Notes: a model not told the origin generated them from the sequence alone. Counted from the first letter of the stretch, positions 26,990 through 40,800 are shown. The stretch: DNA of 64,000 nucleotides from the human T2T-CHM13v2.0 reference genome, Homo sapiens (GCA_009914755.4 CP068257.2:9504001-9568000); one strand, 5' to 3'. Numbers and translations are program-made.

Positions 26990-28606
26990 TTAAAGTTGTT
27001 AGCATAAGGAGCAATGAAAACTAAATTTCCCCTGGGAGTTACTCATTTTTCTGGGTTACAAATGAATGCCATATTATTTTTTGATGTTTAATGTAAAATA
27101 TTATTGACTGTAATAATCCAATATGATCTAGGATATTCAGTCTTACACAACATAGGGATACAGTATAGGTTGATGTACATCCGAAATTATAACACACTTT
27201 GTTCAAACACAATGCATATTACATTTTCCTGTAGCTCAAATCTGTGTTATCTGTATTATTAAGAGATATAAAGAGAGGATTCAAAATAATAGCTGAAGAA
27301 TTCTCACTAATTTTATGAATCTAGTAGATCAAAATGTTACTCTAACATTAATAATTTCATAATACAGACTGTGAGGCTTATATAAATCTGTTTCAAAAAA
27401 TGTATAGCATTCTTTAGCTTTCATGTTGTAAGACATTCAGAATATAATCCAAAATAAAGTTGTAATAAATTATCACATTTTAATGAGTATTTTAACATAA
27501 AATGTGAGCTTGGGATTATTATAAATCCAAAGACACATAAACTCAGTTTCTAAAAGATATGATTGAGGGGAAATCATGATTTATTATATCTTCATTTTAT
27601 CAAGAAAAGACACAGTTATTATTTATAATAAAAATGATTACAATGCACACATACTCTTTTGTGAGTTGCCACAGAATTTTCTATTACCGAAACCTGTCAA
27701 GTTCAACCCATGTCTAGAATATGTGTAAATAAAGGTTGATCTGTGATATTAGATATTATCAAATAAAAAATATTCTTATTGAAAAAAATGTGATTCCTTA
27801 TGACAACTTCAGGGCATCTTCTATTTGCCCCCTGTTATCAACAGGGGAAATTTTCTTTCCTACATTTCTCACTAATCATTTCTGACAAGTAGTTGGCAAG
27901 CTTAACTATAAAGGGTTGTCCATAGGGTTCTAGGTCAATCTTACCCTTTGGAAAGAAAGTACACATGATGTCTATGAATAAATGCCCTCCAACAAAGGAA
28001 AAGGACAATGCTTTACATAGTGTGTGCATAATCATTTTTCAACATAATTAGCTTACCTATTTGTGACATGATTTTACTGTCATTGCAGGTGTTTGACATG
28101 ACCCACTTTTTTCTTTGTGCCAAGAAATACAATGGATTTGTATTACATTAATACTTTAGATCATCTATAATATGAGTCAGGTTTGGTTAAAAAATATATA
28201 AAAATAAAAATCTCAGTTCTATTCGAAATACTAATGAAAGTATCTTACCAAAGTAAGACATTAGCAATGCATTTTCTGTTACTTGATATTTTGTGTGTTT
28301 GCTCATTTCAACAAGGGAAAGAGAATTAGAAAATTGGAAGAAAAATATTTAAGTAAGTCTTGTAAAATTAATTTATATATTAAATATCATGAAGTGTAGA
28401 AACAGAGTTAACATTTAAAATGTTTATAACTAATATGTAAATTTAATTGAAAGCCAACTGATTGCTCTGAATTTTTATGAGGAATAATCGCAATTGTACA
28501 GAAAATAACTGACACCAAAAGTATCTACATTTTCACATTTAAATGCAAGTGACTTTTTGTTCATTCATTCAAAAATTATGGATTATTATACTTTAGCTTA
28601 AATGTT

Positions 28607-28929
28607 TGTCTCCCCTCTAAAAGCCATTTTGAAACTTAATCCTCAATGCAATAGTATTAAGAAGTCAGGCCTTTAGGAGTAATTAGGCCATGAGGACTCT
28701 GTACTCATAGATGGGATTAGTGCATTACAAAAGGGCTGAAGGGAACTAGCTATTGTAAGGACACAGCATTCAAGTTACCATTTTAGAAGCAGAAACTGGG
28801 ACCTCACTTGGTGCCAAAACTGCCAGAACCATGGTTTTGAACTTTTCAGCCTCCTGGACTGTGAGAAACAAGTTTCTGTTCTTATCAGTCTCAGCTATTT
28901 TGTTACAGAAGCACAAGCGAACTGAGACC
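28607..28929 (+). mobile_element. MaLR LTR, MLT1-type (internally deleted copy)
   Basis: 'tgtctcccctctaaaagccattttgaaacttaatcctcaatgcaatagtattaagaagtcaggcctttaggagtaattaggccatgagg...ttcagcctcctggactgtgagaaacaagtttctgttcttatcagtctcagctattttgttacagaagcacaagcgaactgagac' parallels the consensus 'tgtgtcccctcaaaattcatatgttgaag...cctccagaactgtgagaaataaat...ccagtctatggtattttgttatagcagcc...gactaagaca'. Confidence 0.7.
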
Positions 28930-30540
28930 TGAGATGGGAATGTTTATGTGCTAGGTATGGAGCTAATTTCTGAATAAATAAAGATGAATACATTCTATGA
29001 CCTCATCATCTAGTGCCTGTTACAGTGACACAGTGGATATTTTTTCTTGCCTTCTTATTACTCATTTTTGCTCTCCTCACTAAATATTGAGGAAAACATG
29101 AATGCATCATCAGTTTTTCCACTGATACAACTGTTTAAGAAGTACATATGACATTATATTTTTTCTTTCTGTATTCTGTAGACTTACCTGTAAAGTCTAA
29201 GGCTAACATTGACTTTATGCTAATTAGTACTGTGTTCATTTCAGATGTGTAATATGCCTTGTACAAATATAAATAGATAAAACATTAAAGGTGCTACTAC
29301 TCAAAACACACAGGGAATAAAATATTCTATTTGAAACATCAACATAGAGTTTACAATGAGGGAAATTTTTATTCATTAGTTTAAATGGGGCAAAATACAA
29401 TAAATATTATTTGGTTAAAATAGAGAAAGTTAAGTGGAAAGATGAAATGATGAAGAGCCCAGAGAAAACTGTTCAGTTTGAATACAAATTGGGAAATTAA
29501 CACCTAACCTGCCTAGGTAGAATTTCATAGCATTAACTAAAATAATTACTTAAACTTACAAGATTTATTAGAAAAATATGAATAGAAAAATAAAATGCAT
29601 TGTTGCATTTTATGTAATTTTACTTGAAGTTAGTTGATAACATGTACATAGATTAAGTTGATTTAAATATTTTATGTACAAAAAACTATATTGTTGAAGA
29701 TTCTAACAGCTTAAAACTAAAATACAAGATAAACATTTACTTTACAAAAAGAGTAAATAAGATGAAGAATTTGAAAGAATTTAAGAATTAATTTCAGTTT
29801 CTTTTCCAAAATGTATGTGGTTAGCTTACAATGCTTTTACAATCTGTTATTTTATGAGTATGAATATTGATTTTATTATTACCTAAACATGTATTATTTT
29901 TAAAATATGGCAAAAGAATTAAAGTTCTATAGTTTGACAAAGCTGTAAAGCGGATCAATCCTTTGACAGCTTAATGAATAAAGCATGCATGTAGTTGACA
30001 CTAATTCATTTAATAAACATTTGTAGAACATATATGTGTAAGAAACTGTGCAAAGGAGATGAATGGCACATTAAAACAAGAAGACAAGTTTCCAGATACT
30101 AAGGAGTTTATGTAACTGTAAGGTACATAAAACAATACAAATGAAAAGGCTAAAATAAATCAGAAAATGAAGGGAAGAAAACAAATATCCATATTAAGTA
30201 TACATAATATCTCAAATATTCTTTAAGATGTCTTAAATAGATTTTAATATTTAATCCTAGTGACAGGATAATCAGATTTATTACAGATGATATAATTGAG
30301 GCTAATACAAATCTGTTGACTTTAAATTTTCAAAGTCTTCCTGAATTATTTGACTGTATAATATTTTGGTAAACATAAATAAGTGGATACTAATGCATTG
30401 AAACAGAAACAGAATACTGTTCAAGAAATAGAAAAAAATGAAACAATAGAAAAGATCGAATTTGTAGTATGACTACAATTTAAGATTTAATAAAGACAAA
30501 AATAGAAACCAATATGTAGTTAGGAGGATAGAAAAAAGTA

Positions 30541-30876
30541 CAGTGGACCCTCCATATCCATAGGTTCTGCATGTGTGGATTCAACCACCCATGGAACAAA
30601 AATATTTGGAAAAACATTTATGAAAAAGTGAACACATATGGAATTCTGCCTTGTCATTATCCCCTAAAGAACACACTATAACTACCTACATAGCATTTAC
30701 ATTGTACTTGGTATCATAAGAAATCTAGAGATGATTTAAAGTATGTGACAGTGTGGATGTAGGTGTATAAAATACTATTATACATCATTTTATGGAAGGG
30801 TCTTGAGCATCTGTAGATTGTTTTGTCTGAGGGTTCCTAGAACCAGTACCCCACAAATACAGAGGAACAACTGTAA
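30541..30876. mobile_element. Tigger-family (Tigger3-like) non-autonomous DNA transposon / MITE with TA target duplication
   Basis: Terminal 'cagtggaccctccatatccataggttctgcatgtgtggattcaaccacccatggaacaaaaatatttgg...' and opposite end '...gaaccagtaccccacaaatacagaggaacaactg'. Flanked by 'ta' on both sides (30539-30540, 30877-30878), the expected Tc1/mariner TSD. Confidence 0.7.
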
Positions 30877-31235
30877 TGAGTTCCTAGTAAACTAGGCTGA
30901 AGTATTATAACTGTACACAAAATAATTTAAGGCAGAATGATTAAATAATATATAGCAGTATGTATAAGAAGTGAAGATAATTGAAAATTAAATTGATAGG
31001 AAAGACATGACAAATGTAATGAAATCAATGGAAAAGTTAAAACTTTAGCAAGATGTACAAGCAAGGATTGGGTAGATTTCATCCGAAAGACATAATTTCT
31101 AATGACAAAGTACTTTAATAGTCTAGCCTAATATTTTATTGTATCTTAAAACTTCCCTCTGGCTCATTCTGGTCTGATCACACCAGCTTTCTTATGGCTT
31201 CTTTTATCTGCCAAGAATTATGCTCTGGTCTAATT

Positions 31236-31463
31236 GACCTCCCCAAATTTGTATATTAAAATTCTCACCACCAAGGTGATAATATTAAAAAATGGGCAAT
31301 TTGGTAGGTGACTAGATCATGGGAGTGGAGCCCTTATGAAAGGTGCCAGAGAGACACCTCCCTCTTCCACCATGTGAGGTTAGACTGAGAAATACATCTC
31401 TGTGGTTTATAAGCTGCTCAGTCTATGGCATTTTGTTATAGCAGCCCATGCTAATGAATACAG
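31236..31463 (+). mobile_element. MaLR LTR, MLT1-type (large internal deletion)
   Basis: 'ttgacctccccaaatttgtatattaaaattctcaccaccaaggtgataatatt...cctccctcttccaccatgtgaggttagactgagaaatacatctctgtggtttataagctgctcagtctatggcattttgttatagcagcccatgctaatgaatacag'. Confidence 0.65.
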
Positions 31464-32437
31464 ATGACCGTGTGTCTGCAGACCTTCCTAGGAAATTATT
31501 GAGTCCTTCATTGAATACTAAACTGTGAATACATGAGAGAAAATAACTGAAGCCTGGGGTAAAATGCCAACACAAAGTGTTTGAAGAACAATTCTCAAAG
31601 CTCAGAAAGCTCTGCAAATATTATTGTTGCCACAAACCAAAGTAGAAGACAGGGTAATATATGAGCTATTAGGTAGAATCTTTGGAAGAATCCTGCTTTT
31701 GTGATGGAACTCACTCATTCCTAAACCTAAAGCAACTCTACATCTTCTCTAAGAAAATTTTATAGCAATCTCTAAAAGCATCAAACTGATTCCAAATAAT
31801 TTAACTGTGTTTGAGAACAAAATACAAATATACAAAAGGAATTCAACAAAATCCGTCACATAACAATATAGAATTCACAATATCTGGTTTTGATGAACAT
31901 AATAATTAGTGTTGAAACATGTTAATTCAGGTGTTAAAAATATGCTTTATTTTTTCAAATAAGATGGGAAAATATGTATATTGTGAGAAAATAAAAATGG
32001 AAGAAATAAAAACAAGCAGACTCCTAAAACAGAAAAAATAAGTATATTAGATTAAAAATGTATGAATAAATTTAACAGCACTTTAACCATTGTAGAAAAA
32101 ATACCAGTGATTTTGATAATATAACAATATAAACTATCCAAAACAGAAAACATAGACACATTTGAAAAAACAACCACACTGTGTTGGACAATATCAAGCA
32201 GCATAATACAAGAAGAGATGGAGTCCCAGAAGAACACTGAGTGGATGTATGTGTGTGAGTATGTGGTAGGGAAGAACAAAACCAAAAATTCAAAGAAATG
32301 ATTGCCAAAATGTTATTAGAATCACAAATAAAGACAAAATGGCAAGGTAAACTATTGTCTAATTTCTGAAAATCAGTGATAAAGTGAAAAATCTTAAAAG
32401 GCATCAGAGATGAAAAAATAATCCACATCAAAAGAAA

Positions 32438-32463
32438 TACACACACACACACACACACACACA
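32438..32463. repeat. (CA)13 microsatellite
   Basis: 'acacacacacacacacacacacacac'. It produces the spurious 'CVCVCVCV / HTHTHT' stretch in the 147-aa minus-strand ORF. Confidence 0.95.
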
Positions 32464-32991
32464 AATATGGGTAACTTTCTTCAGAAACTATGAAAGCTTG
32501 GAGACAATGGAGCAATCATAAATAACTAAATAAGAAAAAACAGCTTTATCTACATTTTTATAACAAGTAGAAAATTTTAAGCACTAAAGTAAAATAGGGT
32601 TCGTTTATTTTTAGAAAATTAAAAATAGGTTTGGAACTAGGGTAAAGTAAATGACACAACTAGGTCCGAAAACCTAAAGAGCTACTCACTTTCAGAGTTA
32701 TATATTTGAGATCGAGAGTGCAAAACTTGTGTCTTGTGTGACCCGAGAGAGTGCCTCATTAAGTTTTTCACCAGAGGTAATTTGCTCATCTCAACGTTGT
32801 CTCAGCACTGAACAAAATCTAAAGAATTTCATTGTCAGCCATCCTCCATTGTCATTTATAAGAAAGATTCCTAAGGCAGAAGTAAAATTTTATGAGATGT
32901 ATATGTGTGTCTGCAGAAAAAAACTGGCAATGTATTATACTGCATATCAAGTGATATACTATTATTTGAAAGTAGGCTGTGAAGAGTTAAG

Positions 32992-33078
32992 TATTTATAT
33001 TTTAAAACTTAAAGTAGAAGTTTTATATTTTAAACCTTAAAACAGAAGTATTTATATTTTAAACCTTAAAGCAGAACC
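32992..33078. repeat. Minisatellite: 3 tandem copies of a ~29-bp AT-rich unit
   Basis: 'tatttatattttaaaacttaaagtagaagt / tttatattttaaaccttaaaacagaagta / tttatattttaaaccttaaagcagaacc'. Confidence 0.85.
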
Positions 33079-33774
33079 TATAAAAGAAGTACATTAGTAA
33101 ACCAATAGTAGAAATAACATAAAATAATGAAGTACATATTTAACTAATCTACAAAATGTAAAAAAAGGATAAATAATTGAACAAGGAGCATATAAGATAA
33201 ATAGAAAACATAGCAAGAAGGTATATTTAAACCTAAGCTTATTCATAATCACATTACATTACATGTAAATCATTCATATACATCAATGAAAAATCAGAAA
33301 TCCAATTCTGTCTACCAAAATTCTACTGTAAATATAAATACATAGATATCTGTGTGTGTAGTGCAAACAAAAATTTATAGAAAACTAGAGTTACTATATT
33401 AATGTCAAACTAAATATATTTCAGAACGAAATATATTACCAGTGATAGAAAATATACTCACTGATTATAAAGGGGTCAATTTATTAAGGTAACTAAACAA
33501 TATTAACACAAAGAAACTATACATGTTAAGGTGATGAATATCAGAATCCTGATTTGATAATTGTACATCGTATGCTTGTATGCATATGTACCCCACACAT
33601 ATGTGCAACTATTATGTATCCATAATAATTAAAAATTTTTTAGAAATAAAGAATTAGATAAATGTAATAGTGCCATGTGTTTATGTTAGAAAAGAAAAAA
33701 GAATCTAATCAGTTCCTAAAGCAAATTAAACCCAAACAAAACAGAATGCTATTGTCTGAATGTTTGTGTCTCCT

Positions 33775-34192
33775 CGAATTTCCTATGTAGAAATCCTAAC
33801 TCCCAAACTTATGGTATTAGGAGATGGGGTCTTTTGGGAGGTGCTTAGATCATGAAAGTAGAGATCTGGGGCTCTTTTATAAGGGTACTAAATTAGTACT
33901 ACATTAAGGATAGTAAATGAGTAGTTTTCTTACAAAAGAGACCCCAGAGAGCTACCTTGCTCTTTCCATTATGTGAAGATGCAGAGAGAAGGAACCATCT
34001 ATGAACCAGGAAATGGGCCCTCACCAGACATCAAATTTTTGAGTGCCTTGATTTCGGACCTCTCAGCCTCCAGAACTATGAGAAGTAAATTTATAAGTTA
34101 TAAGTTTATATTATTATAAATTATAAAATTATGTTGTTTATAAGCCACAACAAAAAGGTATTTTTCTATTGCAGTCGAAATGTACTAAGGTA
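33775..34192 (+). mobile_element. MaLR LTR, MLT1-type, with an internal (TTATAA)-like AT expansion
   Basis: 'tgtgtctcctcgaatttcctatgtagaaatcctaactcccaaacttatggtattaggagatggggtcttttgggaggtgcttagatcatg...cctccagaactatgagaagtaaatttataagtt...gtttataagccacaacaaaaaggtatttttctattgcagtcgaaatgtactaaggta'. Confidence 0.75.
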
Positions 34193-34199
34193 AAAAGAA

Positions 34200-36420
34200 A
34201 TAATAAAATACATATAAGAACAAAAATCAATAAAAATTGAAAGAACACCAAAATGGAATATCAATAAAATAAAAAGCTAATTTATTAAAAAATGAAAAAA
34301 TTCTAGCTATACTCAACAAAAAAGAGAAAAAATACTAAATACTAAAGCCAGTAATGAAAGACTGTCACTAATTATACTATAGTTATAAAATGATAGTAAG
34401 CACACAATGTTTAAACTTTATGCAAATACATTTTAAAAGTTTGGTAAACGGACACATTACTTGAGAGAAAAGAGGTTACAAAATTCACTTAAAAATAAAG
34501 AGACACCATGAATAATCCTGCATCTATTAAATACATTAAATCTATAATTTGAAACTCACACGCAAAATAATTCCAGGTCAGGAAGGTTTCACTCTTGTAT
34601 TCTCACAATGTTTAAAGAATAAATAGTAACAATTCTATGCAAAGTCTTTCAGAAATAAAAGAAGCAGCAACCCTAACAGTACATTATATGAGGTACAGAT
34701 TACCCATAAAGGAAAAAAATAGGTAGAGATTAACAGAAAACTACAGACCTACATTTTGATTTGAAAAATTTGTATAGGATTATTTTATTAAAAGTAGAAA
34801 AGCATTTGATGACATTTTACACATATTCATAATAAAGACTTACAGAAAAGTAGGCAAGAGAAACAAATTATTTCAAAAGTAATAAACATATATAAAAATA
34901 GTTAATATAGTGAAATACCAAATGGTTCCTCCTACTATAAGAAAGAATGTAAAAATATCCACTATGAACCATTCTGTTCGATACTTAGAAAACTGCAATA
35001 CAGTGCTGAGAGACATTAAGGCAGACCTAAATAAATGGAGAGATAAACCAAGTTCAATAATTTGAATGCTTTGTAGTGTTAAGAAGGTAGTTCTACTAAA
35101 TTGATTTCTAGATTAATTGCAATATCAGTCCAGATCTCAGTAGGCTTTTTATATAAATAACAAATATTTTTTCAAAATTTCTATGTAATGTTATAAAATA
35201 TTATAAATTAATATTGAAAATATTTTACATGAAAGTTCAAATTTCTGGAGCCTTTTAAGATAAGAGGACGGCAGTGTTTCTATGGTATAAATACTAAGTA
35301 TATAAAAACTGAAGACTTCTATTAATATCAGACAAAATGGGCCACAAATCAAGAAATATTTTTAGCAGGATAAAGATCAATATAATTGGTCCAATTCATC
35401 AAGAGAACCTGATAATGCAAAATGTTTTTTCACACATTAACAAACAATTCTGCATTTAAAATACTCAAGCCAAAAACTTACGGAATTGAGAAGAAAAATA
35501 TACAAATCCACAATATATTTAAAGATTTGAAAACTATTTTCTGATATTATTAAACAAGTAAATAAAAAATTTTAAAGAAAATATCTACAAATTTAATGAC
35601 ATTATAACCTAACAAGTTCTAGGATGCATGGAATATTATACTCATCACCAGCAAAAACTTATTTTATTTTCCACATGCACTAACATTCATCACATGTTAG
35701 GCAACAAATAATAAAGTTTCAACAAATTTAACAGGATTAGATCTTGGAGAGTATGTTCTCTGATCCAATAGAATTAAATTTAAAATAAAAAACAAAACCA
35801 AAACTACAATGAAATCCCCAAATATTTAGATATAATAAACTTCTAATGATGCCTTGAAGCAAATAGTAAATCAAAAGATAAATTAGAAAGTATTTTGGTC
35901 TGGATAAAAATAAAAACACTACAACTTCAGGAATCCTTTGGAGAAATACGAAGTTTTTAATGTTTGTATTAGAAAAAGGAGAAATGTCTAAAATTAATGA
36001 CACAAATGTCTACCTGAAAAAGTGAAAAGAAAACCAAATTAAACAAGAAGTAGAAAGTAAAATATAGAGAAAAACTAAAATTTCATAAAGACATAACAGA
36101 AATTCAAAAGGAAAAGATGAAATTTAAAACTGATTCTTTGATAAAAGGAATAAACTGAATTAAATTCTCGATAGTCTGAGAAAGATACAAGACAGAAATC
36201 TGTCAGCAACCACTTTCAGGAAATAAAGTGGGCAAGGTTGGGAAGATGGTGGGTGTTGTAAAGATACTACAAATATCAAAATGATAATAACTTAAATTAT
36301 AAAAACTTTATGCCAATAAATTTGATAATGGTTGAATAAATTGTATGGTTAGCAAAATAATCTTTACAATTACTCTAGAATAAATAAAATTTCTTCATAT
36401 CTTTAGATTTGTTAAAGATA
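34200..36420 (+). mobile_element. Highly diverged ancient L1 (L1M-like) ORF2-derived fragments, possibly two pieces out of order
   Basis: 36290-36380 'caaaatgataataacttaaattataaaaactttatgccaataaatttgataatggttgaataaattg' parallels L1 ORF2 '...acaaaggatcataagagactactatgaacaactatatgccaacaaattggataacctagaagaaatgg'. 35000-35200 'cagacctaaataaatggagagataaaccaagttcaataatttgaatg...gattaattgcaatatcagtcc...ggctttttatataaataacaaatattttttcaaaatttctatg' parallels '...acacaaataaatggaaagatatcccatgttcatggattggaagaattaatattg...cagattcaatgcaatccc...ggcatttttcacagaaatagaaaaaacaatcctaaaatttgtatgg'. Confidence 0.5.
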
Positions 36421-36868
36421 CTGAATTTTAATTTAATACCTTCTTAGGGGAAACAAATTCCAGACTCAGATGCCTTCACTGTTACATTTCATTCTTTTTA
36501 AATAGGTAAATGTTACAGTGATTATTACTCAAGTGTATATTCTGAGAATTTTTACAATAATTTGTTACATAGATTAATTTTTTTTCTTCAAAATACAACT
36601 AATTTACTGATTATACTTTTTAGGTCTTCTATTAACATTATTAGGAAAATTTAGAAAATTTATTCATTTATATACAAAATTAATAGACACATTAAATACT
36701 CTGTGCCACCCAATGCCCAATTCACTGAGAACATTTTACTGAATAAACAAAAAATTTTGACCCTTGATTACCTTATTGTTGGAGGTAACAAACCATAGAA
36801 GATAGACAATGTAAAAATAAATAAGTGGTTTTGACAATGGACAATAAGCAAAAATACCTGTTCACTTG

Positions 36869-37246
36869 TTGTATTGGTACATTCTCACACTGCTATAAAG
36901 AGCTGCTAGATGCTGGTTAATATATAAAGGAAAGAGGCTTAATTGACTCAGAATTCTGCAGGTCTGGGGAGGCCTCAGAAAACTTACAATCATGCCAGAA
37001 GGGGAAGCAAACCATGTCCTTCTGCACATTGTGGCAGGAAGGAAAAGTGCAGAGTGAAGGGGGTAAAAGCTTTTTATAAAACCACCAAATCTCATGAGAA
37101 CTCACTCACTATCATGAGAACAACATGGGAGAACCACCCCATGATCTAATCACCTCCCGGAGATCCCTCCCCCAACACATGGGGATTATAAATCTGATTA
37201 TAATTCAAGATGAGATTTTGTGTGGGAATGGAGCTAAATCATATCA
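36869..37246 (-). mobile_element. Solo MaLR LTR, THE1-type (THE1D/MST-like subfamily)
   Basis: 'tgtattggtacattctcacactgctataaagagctgct...ggggaggcctcagaaaacttacaatcatgccagaagg...catgagaactcactcactatcatgagaacaacatggg...aattcaagatgagattttgtgtgggaatggagctaaatcatatca'. Confidence 0.85.
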
Positions 37247-37513
37247 CTAGAATAGATAATATATATAATACATAAGTAAATTTTATAGTATACTAGCAGA
37301 TGGTTAATTCTACTAACAAATACAGAAAGGTAAAGGATGAAAGGGATCTCTTGCTTAAGAAAGGGATACACATTTATATGTGTTGATTTTAAGGAATCAA
37401 CAAGGAATGATTAGCAAGACTTGAAGAGAAAGGAGAAGCCATGTGAGTCTCTGGGGTGGAATGTTACAGGCAAAGATAAAAGCCAGGAAAAAGCAGACAC
37501 TTCCTATATTCCT

Positions 37514-37860
37514 GTATTCATCCATTTTTATGCTACTGATAAAGACATACCCCAGCCTGGGAAATTTACAAAAGAAAGAGGTTTAATGGACTTATGTTTC
37601 CACATGGCTGGGGAAACCTCACAATCATGGCAGATGGCCAGGAAGAGCAAGTCACATCTTACATGGATGGTGGCAGGCAAAGAGAGAGCTTGTTCAGAAA
37701 AACTCCCTCTTCTTTAACCATAAGATCTTGTGGAACTTATTCACTATCATGAGGATGGGATGGCCTGCCACCATGATTCAATTATCTCCCACCTGGTCCC
37801 TCCCACAACACATGGGAATTCAAGATGAGATGTAGGTGGGGATAAAGCCATACCATATCA
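37514..37860 (-). mobile_element. Solo MaLR LTR, THE1B/C-type (a different subfamily from the LTR 267 bp upstream)
   Basis: 'tgtattcatccatttttatgctactgataaagacataccccagcctgggaaatttacaaaagaaagaggtttaatggacttatgtttccacatggctggggaaacctcacaatcatggcagatgg...ccacaacacatgggaattcaagatgagatgtaggtggggataaagccataccatatca'. Confidence 0.85.
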
Positions 37861-40800
37861 CCATCTCTGTGCAAATGCTCTCTCTCTTCTATTTAGCTCT
37901 GCAATTCTAGCTAAATTTTCCTTTCTAAGCCCCAATCTTCAATTTCTCAATATACAGGGAGAGTTATCCTTTCTTTGGATTATCCTTTCACTGTGTCTTC
38001 TGGAAACTGAGAGAAAGCTTGGGATAAGTCAGATTTTATTTTTTCTTTTGTCAGGGATCAGCATCCTCAGCTTCTTGTCAATGGTTAAAAAATCACTGTT
38101 GATTATATTTTTCTGCAGTTAGTTTTTATTTGTGTATGTGTTTTTGTTTTTTGTTTGTTTGTTTTGTAAAGAATTTAGTTTAGTTCCTCTTATTGTATCA
38201 TGGCGAAGTACAGCTATCTTCAACCTATTTTTTCTGACCAATCTTTGTCTTTATATTGATTTAACATTACTTTTTAAATTTAGTCTTAAAATTCTTACTT
38301 TAAATAGTAGTTTTAGACTACTTATATTTAATATTGTTATCTATATTTTGGCCTTAAATCTACTATCATAAAATTTATTTTCCATAAAATTTAATCTGTT
38401 CTTTATTACTATTTTCCACTTTTGATGCTTTATCTTGGATTAAGTGTTTAATTTTGAATTTTATTTTATTTCAACTAATAAGATTATTAGTCATATGTTT
38501 TTGCTTATTTTGTCCTGTTAGGTGCTCTAAGGTTTATACTATGTACCTTAACTTTCCAATAACATTAAGGTGACTGAATATTTTTGCCCTGATACCTAGA
38601 AAAAGACAAGCATGCTTGCTCTGATACATTCTTTTGAAGCTTATACTACATGTCTTAGCAATGCATTGAGAGAGGTAAGAATACATACAATTTAGAAAGA
38701 AAGATGTCTTTCTTCACAGATATTATATTCTGTGCAGAAAATAAAGAAGATATTTGCAAAAAAGTTAGTAAAATTGTGTGTTTATGTAGATCACAGGATA
38801 TAATAATAATATACAGAAATCCAGTATATTTTGATAGATTTGCAATGACCATTCATAATCTGAGAAAAAAAAAAACAAGGAAAATAAGGGAGTGCTCAAA
38901 TGCTAAGAAAGACATGTTAAAAGAGCTGAGAAACTTGAATAGTTCCTACTAGCAAAATTAGCAAAACTGAATCAATAAAATAAGTAAAGGAACAGATCAT
39001 GGGCCACTGAAAGAAATAGGAATCCATGGGTCCACGTGAGATAAATCCATGAATTAATGAATGAATAAAAGAAGGAAACACTATTTTTTTCCCACAGAGT
39101 GCCAACCAATAAAAGGAAAAGGGTTGATATTGTATGTTAAAAAATTATCATTTGAAAATCTTCACATTGTATTTGATTGAGTGTTGAGGCATCAATGGAT
39201 GCTAAACCTAGTGGGTAAATGTTGGAGAAGAAATAGGATATTTTCACAGTCTCAAAGTATCTCTCCACAAAACACTTAATTTTAGATTAATTACATGTAT
39301 ATATACATGTATACAATAGATAGTCTATATATAAAATATCATTTTATGTCATGTTATATTAATATAAAGAAAATGAGGAGTACCTCTGCAATAGAGAAAT
39401 CTGGAAGACATTACCTTTCAAATGATCAAAATTAAAATCACCACTGATGGGAAAAATTAATTTCATATATAACCTGAAGAAATATGATAAGAAGAGCATA
39501 GCATCATGTTGGTGATTTTATTGCCAATAATGCATGTCTTGACATCTCATTATGAGAAAACACCAGACAAATCGAAATTGGGAGACATTCTAAAAATAGA
39601 ATCCATTGGAATATTACCTTCAAAAAATGTTTAGGATGCTATGAAGGTTGAAGAAGGACTATGGAATGCTTCTGATTTAAAGAAGTTAAAGAGACATAGG
39701 AACCAGGAACAACACATTATCCTGAAGTGGATTGTTTTTTATAAAAAGCATCAGGGCAGTTTGTGAACTAGAATGGGTCCTCTCTTGGTGATTGTTACAT
39801 GACAGCTGTTTGCATCACTTCAGCAACTTAAAGATAAATTGCTTAAAGATAAATTGGCGTCGTTTCATACAAACATTAAAGAAAATGGTAATGTCCAACA
39901 GGCACAGAGTGCCCGCCTAATTACTGTTCCAGGGGTCCTCAGAGGCTGTTTTCCTACTATCTTCTTGATTTTTAAAATATATTTTAGTTGATTGGTTTTA
40001 TTCATGCCATAATTGGTGGAAATTAATCCTTGATTCTATAAATTTTTACCTAGTCCGTTTCCAATGTTTTTTGTTTGTTTGTTTCTCTTTCCTTACTTAT
40101 TTATTTATTCTTTTCTTTTACTTTTTTTGTAAAGTGGAATAAGTTAGGAATGAGTATATTATGACCAACTAAACTGAGTAGTTTTATGTCAAGTTGCAAA
40201 TTATGTTAAGTATCAAATATTTGATTTTTCTTAGATTTCAGAATAGTCACTTTTCAGAAAAAATCATTAGTAGTTTTCTAAAAATAAAATCCTCTTGATT
40301 CAACAAAACATACTTGATGTGGTTTTTCCTCCCAAAACAGGCTCCTCCTTGAGTTATTGGGAATAAGTAATGCTTCTCAATAAAGCTTCGTGTCAACAAA
40401 TCTGAACATATAACATCTCAGCTAGAGCAAGTTACTAAAAATAGGCTCAATTTGTATCTTGCAGTCATGCCTTCATAACCACTTTTCAATTAATCCTGCT
40501 TAATTCAGAGAATGTATAAATATGTAATTTTGCATCACTTTTAAGGCAGCCATTTTATTTTGAAATGCAACTAATGTTATATGCATAAATTCAATAAATA
40601 CAAAGCTGTTTTCAAAAATTGAATGTTTTTACTTGTAAGTTATTCTTTCAATAATAATAAAGAGATGATCACTAGTCATTTTATTTTTCATAGTTGAATT
40701 GATTTAGTTGAACTTCATTGGGTGTTCTTATGTTTTAGTCATGAGTCCATGCTCTTTAACAAGCTAAAGGAAACCATAATATATGCTAAAAGATGTCAGT

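Noticed and set aside
32072-32515. Longest ORF in the window (147 aa, minus strand)
   Set aside because: It spans the (CA)13 microsatellite (CVCVCVCV / HTHTHT run) and AT-rich low-complexity sequence. There is no domain-like content and no start context. It is a chance ORF.
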